Origin: an uncultured Candidatus Rokubacteria bacterium
GTDB lineage: Bacteria; Methylomirabilota; Methylomirabilia; Rokubacteriales; DASRDR01
Length of the DNA: 64,000 nt
NCBI GenBank assembly: GCA_963708025.1
Contig: CAVPSB010000016.1
Location: forward strand, 128,001 to 192,000
Direction: 5' to 3'
Shown here: positions 54,062 through 62,914 of the stretch, in pieces
How positions within the stretch are numbered: position 1 is the first letter of the stretch
Layout: each line of letters opens with the position of its first letter
The notes under the pieces: model-generated
Database searches by the model: none
Told to the model about the DNA's origin: nothing
The model's input: the letters and a program-made list of their open reading frames with translations, nothing else
Program-made: the position numbers and the translations under genes

Positions 54062-55108
54062 ATGTCGGGACCGTCATTTGCTTCCGGGCCGCCAGGGGTG
54101 TCGCCCCGGGCGACCATGCATCACCTGATCCGGGGGCTGTGGATCTCACGGGCCCTCTGGGTCGCCGCAACGCTCGGGATCGCGGACCTGCTCGAGGAGC
54201 CGAAGAACGCCGCTGAGCTGTCGCATGTGACGGGGACGCACGGCCCCTCGCTCCAGCGCGTTCTGCAGGCTCTGTGCAGCGTAGGAGTGCTCACCCAGGA
54301 CGACGCCGGGCGGTTCGCACTGACGCCCGTCGGTGCCACCCTGCGGAGCGACGCCCCCGGCTCCCTGCGGGCCTGGGCGAGCATGGTGCTGGGCGGTGAG
54401 ACCTACCAGGCCTGGGGGGCCCTGATGCACAGCGTGCGCAGCGGCAGGGTCGCCTTCGACCATCTCTTCGGGCAAGGTGTCTGGCAATACCGGACCGGCC
54501 ATCCGGAGTACGCGCGGCTCTTTGACGACGCGATGACAGGGCTCACGGCCGGAATCGCCCCCGCCGTGACCGAGGCTTATGACTTCGGCGCGATCGGCAC
54601 GCTCGTCAACGTGGGGGGCGGGCATGGGGAGCTACTGGCTGTCCTCCTCCAGGCCAGTCCCGGCATGCGAGGCGTCGTGTTCGACCTGCCCCACGTGGTG
54701 GCCGGCACCGGTCCGTTCTTGGCCCGAGCGGGCGTCCTAGACCGCTGCGACGTGGTCGGCGGGAGCTTCTTCGACGGCGTTCCCGGCGGGGGTGACGCCT
54801 ACATCCTCAAGAGCATCATTCACGACTGGGATGACGACTCCGCCACGGCGATCCTACGGAGCTGCCGCCGGGCGATGTCGCCGAGGAGCACCCTGCTTCT
54901 GGTCGAGCGGCTGCTGCCCACCGTGGTCGAGCCGTCCGGCGCGAGCGAGACCGTGACCTTCTCGGACCTCAACATGATGGTCATGCACGGGGGGCGCGAG
55001 CGCACGGAGGTCGCGTACCGCGCACTGCTCGAGGCGGCCGGTCTTCGACACGCGCGGACGGTCCCGACGTCGGTCGGATTCAGCGTGGTCGAGGCGGTGC
55101 CCGCCTGA
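54062..55108 (+). CDS. SAM-dependent O-methyltransferase with dimerisation domain
   Basis: AATLGIADLL, VNVGGGHG, FDLPHV, GSFF, KSIIHDWDD, GGRERT. Confidence 0.9.
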   Translation: MSGPSFASGPPGVSPRATMHHLIRGLWISRALWVAATLGIADLLEEPKNAAELSHVTGTHGPSLQRVLQALCSVGVLTQDDAGRFALTPVGATLRSDAPGSLRAWASMVLGGETYQAWGALMHSVRSGRVAFDHLFGQGVWQYRTGHPEYARLFDDAMTGLTAGIAPAVTEAYDFGAIGTLVNVGGGHGELLAVLLQASPGMRGVVFDLPHVVAGTGPFLARAGVLDRCDVVGGSFFDGVPGGGDAYILKSIIHDWDDDSATAILRSCRRAMSPRSTLLLVERLLPTVVEPSGASETVTFSDLNMMVMHGGRERTEVAYRALLEAAGLRHARTVPTSVGFSVVEAVPA

Positions 55109-55255
55109 TCCGCGGAGTCGCCGAGTCGCCGGGTCGGCTGCTCACTGGCGGGCAGCGACGCGCTCGCCGTCCTCCGCTCCCCGGGCCGAGGATGTCCGAC
55201 GGGAGCTACGACAGGGCCGTCGCTCCCTCCCCGACGTCGAGCATCGCGCTCCCGT

Positions 55256-56293
55256 CTAGGACAGCCGGTAGATCGCGACGCCCGCGGGGCCGGCGGGTAC
55301 CTGAGACGCCGGGACCGCTCGGAGCCGCGCGGCCCACGGAGTCCCTTGGAGCTCCTGCCTCACCGGCTCCGTGACGAAGATCCCCGCCTCACTACCGAGC
55401 GCGTGGGTCGCGGCCTCGACACGGTGCACGACGTCGACGCTCTTGCCGTACAGGTAGGTCCGGTACGCGCGGAACGTGCCCTTGTGCACGGCGATGTTGA
55501 TCGGGCACTCGAGCGCCTCCCGCCGGTCGAACTCCGCCCAGGCTTCGCTCAGCCGCTCGATGGCGGTCATGACGCCGGCAGGCTCGGCGAAGGTGAAGCA
55601 GTAGGCGTCGCCGACGCCGAAGCGGTTCGTGCCGCCGAACTCCTTGCAGACCCCGTCGACCGCCTCGAGGAGCTGGTCGAGGGCCTTCTCGACGACCGGC
55701 ACCGGGCGCGCCTCGACGAGGGCCCTGAAGCGTCGCAGATCCGCGACGACGATGTACTGGTTCTCGATGACGCGCGTCCGGTGAGTCGGGTCCACCCGGT
55801 GGACCGGCACCGGCTCGTCGAACCCCTTCAGCAGGAACGCACCCACGGGGGACGTCCGGACCTCCGCCTTGTTCACCGCGAGCCACGCGCTCAAAGACAG
55901 GTAAATCTCTTCCGGTGGCGTCACCGATTCGATCCGAGCCGCCAGGACCACCGCGTCACCCACCAGGGCCTCCTCCTCCCGCAGCACGTCGCCCAGCGTG
56001 ATGACGATGCGCATGGCCAGCCGATCCTCGCCCTTGCCGGGCTGGGAGAACCCCAGCTCTTCCAGCATGGAGATCGCCGCCAAGGACGCCGCGGTGACGC
56101 TGGGAAAGACGAGCCAGAACGAGTCGCCCTCGGGCTTGACGATCTGGCCCTCGTGCGTCGCGGCGACGCGGGTCACGAGCTGGCGGTGGGCGGCCAGCAC
56201 GGCGCTCAGGTCCGACTCCGGCAGGGCTCGAAACCGGGCCGTGGAGCCGCCGATGTCGGTCTTCATGAGGACCGTCGCCCGCAGGGTGACCAT
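55256..56293 (-). CDS. Protein with two tandem class III nucleotidyl cyclase domains
   Basis: KTDIGGST/KPEGDSF/GDAVVLAARIE and VADLRRF/GVGDAY/GKSVDVVHRVE. Confidence 0.8.
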   Translation of the reverse strand: MVTLRATVLMKTDIGGSTARFRALPESDLSAVLAAHRQLVTRVAATHEGQIVKPEGDSFWLVFPSVTAASLAAISMLEELGFSQPGKGEDRLAMRIVITLGDVLREEEALVGDAVVLAARIESVTPPEEIYLSLSAWLAVNKAEVRTSPVGAFLLKGFDEPVPVHRVDPTHRTRVIENQYIVVADLRRFRALVEARPVPVVEKALDQLLEAVDGVCKEFGGTNRFGVGDAYCFTFAEPAGVMTAIERLSEAWAEFDRREALECPINIAVHKGTFRAYRTYLYGKSVDVVHRVEAATHALGSEAGIFVTEPVRQELQGTPWAARLRAVPASQVPAGPAGVAIYRLS

Positions 56294-56311
56294 GGTCGGC
56301 AAGCCGCAGGG

Positions 56312-57274
56312 CTATCCTGGCGGGCCTACTTGGGCTCCCGGCCGTCGGACGGCGGGACCGGCGGCCGCTTCGGCGCGGCGGCGGATGACGTCGAGGATGT
56401 ACGCCTGGGTCTCCCGCAGGATGGCGTCGGTCCAGAGCCCCGAGTAGAGGTTGAAGTGGGTCGAGAGGCGGTGGCGGCTCGCGAGGTGGAGCCGCACGCG
56501 CCCCGGCGCGATCGGCTCGATCCGGTAGCGCCCCTCCAGCACGTCGAAGTAGGGACCGCCGACGGTGACGTGCTCGTCGAGCGTCCCGGGAGGGACGTGA
56601 TCGTCTCGATGAACAGCACGCCGCGCTCGAAGGTGGCGTGGCGCACCGCGCGATCAGGCTGCGGCGGCGATCGGGCGCGGGAAGCCGATCGCGTGGGTCC
56701 AGGCGCGCCGGTGCTCCTCGGCGCGGATCGGCGGCACGTCCACGATCTCGCGCCAGACCGTGCCCGGGTCGGCCGCGACCTCGATCGCCGTCTCCACGAT
56801 CCGCACCTCGAGCGGCGTGGGTGCCAGCCGCTCGAGCGGCGCCGCCACCAGCGGCAGCAGGAGCGCCGCCGCGATCGTTGATGCCCCCAGGCGCCGGCGC
56901 TGGAGCCGGCGCCAGATCCCGGCCACGAGCCCGCCCAGCGTCAACAGGACCAGGAAGAGCGGGATCCAGAGGAAGATGCAGATCAGCCCCTCCCACCCCA
57001 GCGTGAGCGCCGCGCCGAGGCTCAGGAGGGCCGGCGGCCAGGGCAGCACGAGCCAGAGCGTCCACGGTATCGGCCGGCGCCGCTCGGCGATGGCCACGAC
57101 CAGGAAGCCGACCACGAAGGGCACCCCGAACAGGAACGCCAGCGACATGACCTGGAAGATGGCCTTCCCAGCGTTGAAGCCGAAGAACGCGCGGACGACG
57201 AGGCCGTAGAGGAGGCCGGCGCCGGCGGCCGCCGCGAGCAGCGACCGGTCGAAGTAGCGATGCGGCTCGGTCAT
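56312..57274 (-). pseudogene. Membrane protein with SRPBCC-like domain, broken by small deletions or frameshifts
   Basis: WEGLICI TM region, IGFPRP, then VRHATFERG and LDEHVTVGGPYFDVLEG in other frames. Confidence 0.6.
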
Positions 57275-57399
57275 GGCCGGAGCCTCCCGGGGCGCAGAAG
57301 ATTGCCAATGATGAGCCGGGCGATTCGGACGATCGCGCGCTCGCCCTTGGGCTTCGAAGCCACGACTTCGGCCAAGGAAGCGGTGGCCGGCACGAACAG

Positions 57400-57606
57400 C
57401 TAACCGGCTTGGATCTCGAATTCCACGCGGGCTACGCCACTCTGGCGAATTATTTCGAGGTGATCCGGAACAGGGACGGTCACCGTCCCCGACTGGGTCC
57501 GGCGCTGCATGACGATATGACTTCCTCGCCTCCGCACCTCGACAAAGCCGTGCCGCTCGAGAATTCCGCAGACATCGCGCCCAGACAGGACGCGGAGTCT
57601 ACCCAT
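57400..57606 (-). CDS. hicA: HicA family toxin, apparently with a short internal deletion
   Basis: LERHGFVEVRRRGSHI, VPVPDH...IIRQSG. Confidence 0.82.
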   Translation of the reverse strand: MGRLRVLSGRDVCGILERHGFVEVRRRGSHIVMQRRTQSGTVTVPVPDHLEIIRQSGVARVEFEIQAG

Positions 57607-57823
57607 GCACTGCTTCGAATCTCGTCACGAAGATCTCACTGTGCAGTCGGTCCTTGATTTCCCGTAGGTCCGCGCACTCCAGGAACAACTCGACCGCCTC
57701 CTTCAGGTTGGCCGTGGCCTCTTCCACGGTCGCGCCCTGGCTGGCCACGTCCAGTTCGGGACACAGGGCAACGTAGAGGTTTCCCTCTTTCTCGAGGATG
57801 GCGGTGTAGCTGCTCTTGGGCAT
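57599..57823 (-). CDS. hicB: HicB family antitoxin (short, no DNA-binding domain)
   Basis: YVALCPELDVASQGATVEEATANLKEAVELFLE. Confidence 0.88.
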   Translation of the reverse strand: MPKSSYTAILEKEGNLYVALCPELDVASQGATVEEATANLKEAVELFLECADLREIKDRLHSEIFVTRFEAVHG

Positions 57824-57932
57824 GCTCAGGTTCCTCCCCACTTCAGACTGAACGGCGCGAGCACCAGCGGCAACAACCGCCCCGTTTCACGCTCGCGCCT
57901 CGACAAGTCGTCCGGTGGATGCCGCTGATAGG

Positions 57933-57964
57933 CGCAGCATAGATGAGGATGACTCCCGCAGCAA
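57933..57964 (-). promoter_or_regulatory. Sigma-70-like promoter upstream of hicBA
   Basis: TTGCTG-17 nt-TATGCT; 25/32 identical to 61475..61506. Confidence 0.55.
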
Positions 57965-58069
57965 CTTCTGCGGCGGCCGGATGGGGGGCGGGCGGGCGGG
58001 CGGGCGCGAGCTCCGGGCCAGCCACGCGGCGCTGGTCTACCTGGGCCGAGGATCGCGGGATCTCGGCCG

Positions 58070-59149
58070 TCAGACGACGATCGAATGCTGGCCCGGCGCG
58101 AGGACCTGCAGCGAGTAGCTGAACTCGCTCGCCGGGTACTCCTCCAGCAGCTTCTCGACCGAGGGCGTCCGGTTGGTCACCACGATCGCCGCCGGACGCT
58201 GCTGCTCCTTGGCGGCCTCCACCAGCCAGATCAGGGTGGCCAGATCCGGGTTGTCGTCCTTCCCGTTGGCCGAGGCGACGTAGGTGTCCGCCGTGATCTT
58301 CCGGAAGAAACTCTTGGTGATGTTCCGGTTGCTGCCGTGGTGCGGGAGCTTCAGCACGTCCACGTGCATCCGGCCGCTGGCGTCGAGCAGCCCCTTCTGC
58401 CCGAGCGCGTCCAGCAGGTGATCGCTCCGCCCGTCGCCGGTCAGCAGCATGGTCCGGCCGTCGGCCCGGGCCAGGAGCATGATGCTCGACAGGTTGGGCA
58501 CGCTGGCATCCGAGTTCGCCATCACGAACGGATCGTCGGACAGGATGCCGTTCTCGTGGGCGTCGAGCCAGTCGATCCATTTCTGCTCGAGCGCGTCCAG
58601 GTTGGCCTGCGTCGGACCCACGACGGTGAGCGTGAGGTTGTCGAACACCCGGGGGTCGGGCGCGTTGTCGACGGTGATCAGATCGCCCGGGAACCCGCCG
58701 TTGATCGGGATCTGGAGGGCGAGCGCCTGCGTGCGCAGGCCGGCCCCCTCCTGGATGCCCTGGACCGCCAGCCCCGACCCCGACATCACGGTCGCCCGCG
58801 TCTGGGTGATCAGCGCCGCCAGGCGGGGCTGGACGAGGCCGTGCGGATCCACCGTCCGGGTGAACGAGTTGTGCCAGAGGCCGGGCGGGACCGGCAGCCC
58901 GCTGTTCGCCAGGCGGAGCTCGGCGAAGTAGTCCAGCAGGCCCACGACGTGGTCGTTGTCCACGTGACTCAGCACCACCAGGTCGAGCGGCGCTCCGGCC
59001 TGGACGATCTGCTCCAGCGCCGGCCGGAGATGAAACCGGAAGGTGTCCGGCGGCCCGCCGTCGATCAGGATGAAGCGCGACGAGCTCGTCCCGTACTCGA
59101 GGAGCAGGCAATCGCCGAACGCGGCCTGGACGGCATGAAGCCGGAACAT
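58070..59149 (-). CDS. ComEC/Avs1a-like MBL-fold metallo-hydrolase
   Basis: GDCLLL, LIDGG, LVVLSHVDNDHVVG, NLSSI, LLTGDG, LKLPHHGSNRN. No signal peptide. Confidence 0.85.
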   Translation of the reverse strand: MFRLHAVQAAFGDCLLLEYGTSSSRFILIDGGPPDTFRFHLRPALEQIVQAGAPLDLVVLSHVDNDHVVGLLDYFAELRLANSGLPVPPGLWHNSFTRTVDPHGLVQPRLAALITQTRATVMSGSGLAVQGIQEGAGLRTQALALQIPINGGFPGDLITVDNAPDPRVFDNLTLTVVGPTQANLDALEQKWIDWLDAHENGILSDDPFVMANSDASVPNLSSIMLLARADGRTMLLTGDGRSDHLLDALGQKGLLDASGRMHVDVLKLPHHGSNRNITKSFFRKITADTYVASANGKDDNPDLATLIWLVEAAKEQQRPAAIVVTNRTPSVEKLLEEYPASEFSYSLQVLAPGQHSIVV

Positions 59150-59152
59150 CGC

Positions 59153-61390
59153 TCACACCTCCGTCATCGGCGTCGACAGGCTGCCCGTGACGACCAGCGC
59201 GAAATCCTGCGGCTCGAGGAGATTGCTCGCCACCACCTGGATCAGGTAGCTGCCGGCCGGGGCGGGGTCCAGCCGGATGACCTCGACGTTGTTGGTGGCG
59301 TCGGGGCGGTTCATCCCCTGGGGCACCCCCGCGTTGCCGAACCGCTTGGTTCCGTCCGGGAGCTGGAGGAACAGGTTGAGGTTGTTCTGGAGCGACCGCC
59401 CGGGGGGATCGGTGTAGGCGAGCGTGATCCGGAGCTCGCCCCCGGGGTCGAGAGTGAACGAAAACCGGCGCCGCTGTCCCGTCACGGTGAAGTGAGCGGC
59501 CGGTGACCCCCAGTTGTCGTGGAACTCCAGCCCGAAGCCGCCGACCAGCGCGTTCGGCACGGCCCTCGGCAGGTACACGCAGCCGAAGCCCTGATGGTAG
59601 TTCGGCTGCGTGGGGAAGTCCGCGGTCGAGCTGGCGCCGCCGAGGAGCCGCGTCGAGTTGATCAGGGTCGCCTTCAGCAGCGCGGCGCTCGGCTGGTGGC
59701 TCCGCTGCTGCGTGTAGTACTGCCGCACCACCGCCGCGCAGCCGGACACCAGCGGCGCCGCCATCGACGTCCCGCCCAGGTACGCATACCGGGGGTTCAC
59801 CGGGTCCGGCCCCCAGAAGCGGTGCAGCGGGGCCGCCGACGACCGGCAGGACAGGATGTCGGTGCCCGGCGCCACCAGGTCGGGCTTGATCCGGTAGTCG
59901 TCGCAGGGGCCACGGCTCGAGAAGCCGGCGATCGATTCGGCGTCCCCGGAGATCGGCTCCGTCGCCGCCGGCGGCGCCGGGAACTTCGGCGGCCACACCG
60001 CGCCGTAGGTCAGCGCCGACAGGCCGCCGACCGACCGGTCGCTGCGCGACGCCCCGACCGTGAGGGCGTTCTTCGCGGTCGCCGGCGCGCTCACGCTCAG
60101 CCAGTCCACGAACCCCGGCGCCGAGTTGCGCGCCCCCAGCAGCGGATCGGCGGCCGTCCCGTCGTTGCCCGCGGAGATGACGATCAGCATGTCCTTCTGG
60201 CCGTGGACGTACTCGTCCACCTCCCGCGAGTTCAGCCGGTAGGCCGCCGCCGCCGCCGACCCCCAGCTGTTGTTGTGGATCCGCGCGCCCGCCGCGTACG
60301 CGTCCGCGAACAGACTGCCGAGCCGGAACGGCAAGCCTCCCAGGCCCCCGTTCTTGTCGAGCAGCGACTGGAAGACCAGCCGCGCCCGCGGGGCCGCGCC
60401 CCTGAGACCGCCGCTGGAGGCGCTGCCGTCGCCCAGCACCGACCCCGCCACGTGCGTCCCGTGGCCGTGCGGATCCGACGCGTCGCCGGGCCGACCCAGC
60501 GGGACCAGCTTCACGATCCGGCCGGCGAAGTCGGGATGCGCGTCGTCCAGGCCCGTATCGGCCACGCCGACGATCTCCGTGTCGCCCTCCAGCGGGAAGC
60601 GGAACGGCGGGTTCGCCGACGGGGGACCGTCGAGGCCCAGCAGCACCCGGGCGTGGTCGTTGTGCAGCTCCGGCGGCACGTACGGCTGGATGTCGATGAC
60701 CCAGTCGGTGAGCTCGGAGATCTCGGTCAGCCGCGCGTCGTCCTCGAGCAGGTGGACCCGCACCTTGTTCGCCTCGGCGGCCGCCACCTGGATGTTGCGC
60801 TGCTGCAGCCACCCGAGGAACTCCGGGAGCGGCGCGTCCCGGTCCAGCAGCACGTCGTAGGGCACCATCTCGCGCACCGCGGTGGGCGACCCGAACCCGG
60901 CCAGCTCCCGCCGGGTCGGCAGGTTCCGGTCCGATTCCCGCATCTCGAGGCCCGTGACGAACGGCAGCGCCCGCACCGCGGCCAGCTGGGGTGGCGCGAT
61001 CCGGGTCACCCAGCGATATCCCGCCAGCGCCTCCCGGAACGCGACCCCGAGGCCCTCGAGCTGCGTCCGCCACTCGGCGATCAACGGGCCGGACAGCGTC
61101 AGGTAGAAGGTGTTGCTCGGCGCCGGCGGCGCGCCCGGCGGGGGGGCCGCGGCGGTGTCGGCGGCGGCCATCGCCACGCGCTCGCGCGCCGCCGGCGCTC
61201 CCAGCCGCGGTCGCGGCGCCTCCTCGACCTCCTGGAAGACGATGCCGCGCCGCTCGAGCTCGGCCATGTCGGCCTCGTCGATCTCCCCCACCGCGAAGCC
61301 CGCGGTGACGACGCGGTCGCTGAGCCGCGGAACCACCTGGGCCGCTTCGCTCTCGTGCATGAAGTGCGCGATCACGCGTTTTCGTGCCAT
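59153..61390 (-). CDS. S8 subtilisin-like serine protease (KP-43-like) without a signal peptide
   Basis: VADTGLD, HGHGTHVAGS, SAGNDG, PATAKN, FSSRGP, KPDLVAPG, GGTSMAAP, C-terminal beta domain. Confidence 0.92.
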   Translation of the reverse strand: MARKRVIAHFMHESEAAQVVPRLSDRVVTAGFAVGEIDEADMAELERRGIVFQEVEEAPRPRLGAPAARERVAMAAADTAAAPPPGAPPAPSNTFYLTLSGPLIAEWRTQLEGLGVAFREALAGYRWVTRIAPPQLAAVRALPFVTGLEMRESDRNLPTRRELAGFGSPTAVREMVPYDVLLDRDAPLPEFLGWLQQRNIQVAAAEANKVRVHLLEDDARLTEISELTDWVIDIQPYVPPELHNDHARVLLGLDGPPSANPPFRFPLEGDTEIVGVADTGLDDAHPDFAGRIVKLVPLGRPGDASDPHGHGTHVAGSVLGDGSASSGGLRGAAPRARLVFQSLLDKNGGLGGLPFRLGSLFADAYAAGARIHNNSWGSAAAAAYRLNSREVDEYVHGQKDMLIVISAGNDGTAADPLLGARNSAPGFVDWLSVSAPATAKNALTVGASRSDRSVGGLSALTYGAVWPPKFPAPPAATEPISGDAESIAGFSSRGPCDDYRIKPDLVAPGTDILSCRSSAAPLHRFWGPDPVNPRYAYLGGTSMAAPLVSGCAAVVRQYYTQQRSHQPSAALLKATLINSTRLLGGASSTADFPTQPNYHQGFGCVYLPRAVPNALVGGFGLEFHDNWGSPAAHFTVTGQRRRFSFTLDPGGELRITLAYTDPPGRSLQNNLNLFLQLPDGTKRFGNAGVPQGMNRPDATNNVEVIRLDPAPAGSYLIQVVASNLLEPQDFALVVTGSLSTPMTEV

Positions 61391-61474
61391 GGATCCTCCC
61401 GACGTGATCGGTAACCTGACGAGACCATCCGGATCACACCCCCGTCACTCGAACCATGCCGCGACAGCCGCAGC

Positions 61475-61506
61475 CGCAGCATAGACGAGGGGCACTCCAC
61501 CGGCAA
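61475..61506 (-). promoter_or_regulatory. Sigma-70-like promoter upstream of the S8-MBL pair
   Basis: TTGCCG-17 nt-TATGCT. Confidence 0.55.
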
Positions 61507-61539
61507 GGCGCGCGGCGGCGCGCGCGGCGATCGAGGCGA

Positions 61540-62193
61540 TCAGGCGGTCGCGCGGGCGAGGACGAGCCACTCCCGGCCCTGGCGGCCGTCGGCCGAGGTC
61601 GCCGGGACGTAGGTTTCCTCGAAGGCGAAGCGCGGCTCGAAGAGGCGGCGGACCTCGGTCTCGGTCGTGGCGAACGGCGGCCCGATCTTCGGGTCGCCGG
61701 GACGCCGCGGTCCGTCCCGTCCCTCCGGTGGGCGCTCCCCGATAGGGAAGAAGCAGGCCAGCAGCCAGCCGCCGGGCTTCAGGAGCGCGTGCACCAGGGC
61801 GACGTACTCCGGTCGCCGGGCGGGATCGATGGCGCAGAAGCACGTGTACTCCCAGAGCCCGTCGAAGGCCCCCCGGTAGTCGGCGGCCAGGCCGAAGACG
61901 TCGCGCTGCTCGAAGGCCACCTCGACCCGCGCCTCGGCGGCCAGTGCGCGGGCCTCGCGGATCGCCGGCTCGGCGAAGTCGAAGGCCCGGACCCGGTAGC
62001 CCCGCCGGGCCAGGAGCCGGGCGTCGTGGCCGCGGCCACAGCCGGGCACCGCGATGTGCTGACCGGGGAGCCGCGGATGCGTCGCGAGGTAGTGGACCAG
62101 CGGCGGCGCCGGGCCGCCCAGCTCCCAGCGGTCCCCCTGGCGCTCGTAGAGACCCTGCCAGAACGCCGCCTCGTTGACGGTCGGCTCGGTCAT
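61540..62193 (-). CDS. Thiopurine/thiol S-methyltransferase (TPMT)-like protein
   Basis: FWQGLY...WELG, VPGCGRGHDA, WEYTCFCAI, GPPF, RQGREW. Confidence 0.88.
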   Translation of the reverse strand: MTEPTVNEAAFWQGLYERQGDRWELGGPAPPLVHYLATHPRLPGQHIAVPGCGRGHDARLLARRGYRVRAFDFAEPAIREARALAAEARVEVAFEQRDVFGLAADYRGAFDGLWEYTCFCAIDPARRPEYVALVHALLKPGGWLLACFFPIGERPPEGRDGPRRPGDPKIGPPFATTETEVRRLFEPRFAFEETYVPATSADGRQGREWLVLARATA

Positions 62194-62280
62194 TCGGGAC
62201 CTCCCGCCTACCCCCCCAGCCCCCCTCCCCCACCCACCGGGGGGAGGGGGGGCCGGAAGCCCGATCGCTTCGCGCGCTCT
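62194..62280 (-). repeat. Intergenic G/C-tract repeat, copy G
   Basis: Fills the whole tesA-TPMT intergenic gap and ends GGGAGGTCCCGA-ATG. Confidence 0.85.
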
Positions 62281-62900
62281 CACTTCTTCAGGAGCGGGAG
62301 GAGGTAGGGCCAGACGCGCTCGGCGACGAGCCGGTGCCCCTCCGCGTTCGGGTGGATGCCGTCGGCCTGGTTGAGGCGGGGGTCGGCGGCGACGCCGTCG
62401 AGCAGGAACGGCATCAGCGGCACCTTCGCCCGCTGCGCCACTTCTCCGAAGGCCCGGCGGAAGTCGTCGGTGTACTCGGGGCCGTAGTTCGGCGGGGCCC
62501 GCATGCCGGCCAGCAGCACGCGCGCCCCCGCCGCCTGCAGACGGCCCACGATCGCGGTGAGGTTCGCCTGCATCGCGGCGACCGGCTGGTGGCGGAGGCC
62601 GTCGTTGGCGCCGAGGGCGACCACGACGACCTCGGGCTGGGCGCGCAGCACCCAGTCGACCCGGCGGAGCCCGCCGGCCGTCGTGTCGCCGCTCACCCCG
62701 GCGTTGACGACGCGGTAGGGATAGCCCTCGCGGGCGAGCCGCTCCTGGAGAAACGCCGGCCACGCCAGCTCCGGATCGACGCCGAAGCCGGCGGTCAGGC
62801 TGTCGCCGAAGGCGACGATGACCCGCTCCTCGGCGGCCGGCGCCACGGCGGGCACCGCGAGGCCGAGCGCGAGGAGGGCGAGCGAGCGGAGCAGGCGCAC
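62280..62900 (-). CDS. tesA: Arylesterase / acyl-CoA thioesterase I (GDSL)
   Basis: FGDSLTAG, NAGVSGDTT, LGANDGLR, DGIHPN. Confidence 0.9.
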   Translation of the reverse strand: MRLLRSLALLALGLAVPAVAPAAEERVIVAFGDSLTAGFGVDPELAWPAFLQERLAREGYPYRVVNAGVSGDTTAGGLRRVDWVLRAQPEVVVVALGANDGLRHQPVAAMQANLTAIVGRLQAAGARVLLAGMRAPPNYGPEYTDDFRRAFGEVAQRAKVPLMPFLLDGVAADPRLNQADGIHPNAEGHRLVAERVWPYLLPLLKK

Positions 62901-62914
62901 ACGCCAAGTGTAAT

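Noticed and set aside
56640-56660. TGA at 56654 as another selenocysteine codon
   Set aside because: It is not at a Cys-like position, the downstream homology continues in a different frame, and no hairpin was evident.
57843-61073. 1076-aa ORF and other long overlapping or antisense ORFs
   Set aside because: Arg/Gly/Pro/Ala-rich shadow frames typical of high-GC DNA, overlapping well-supported genes.
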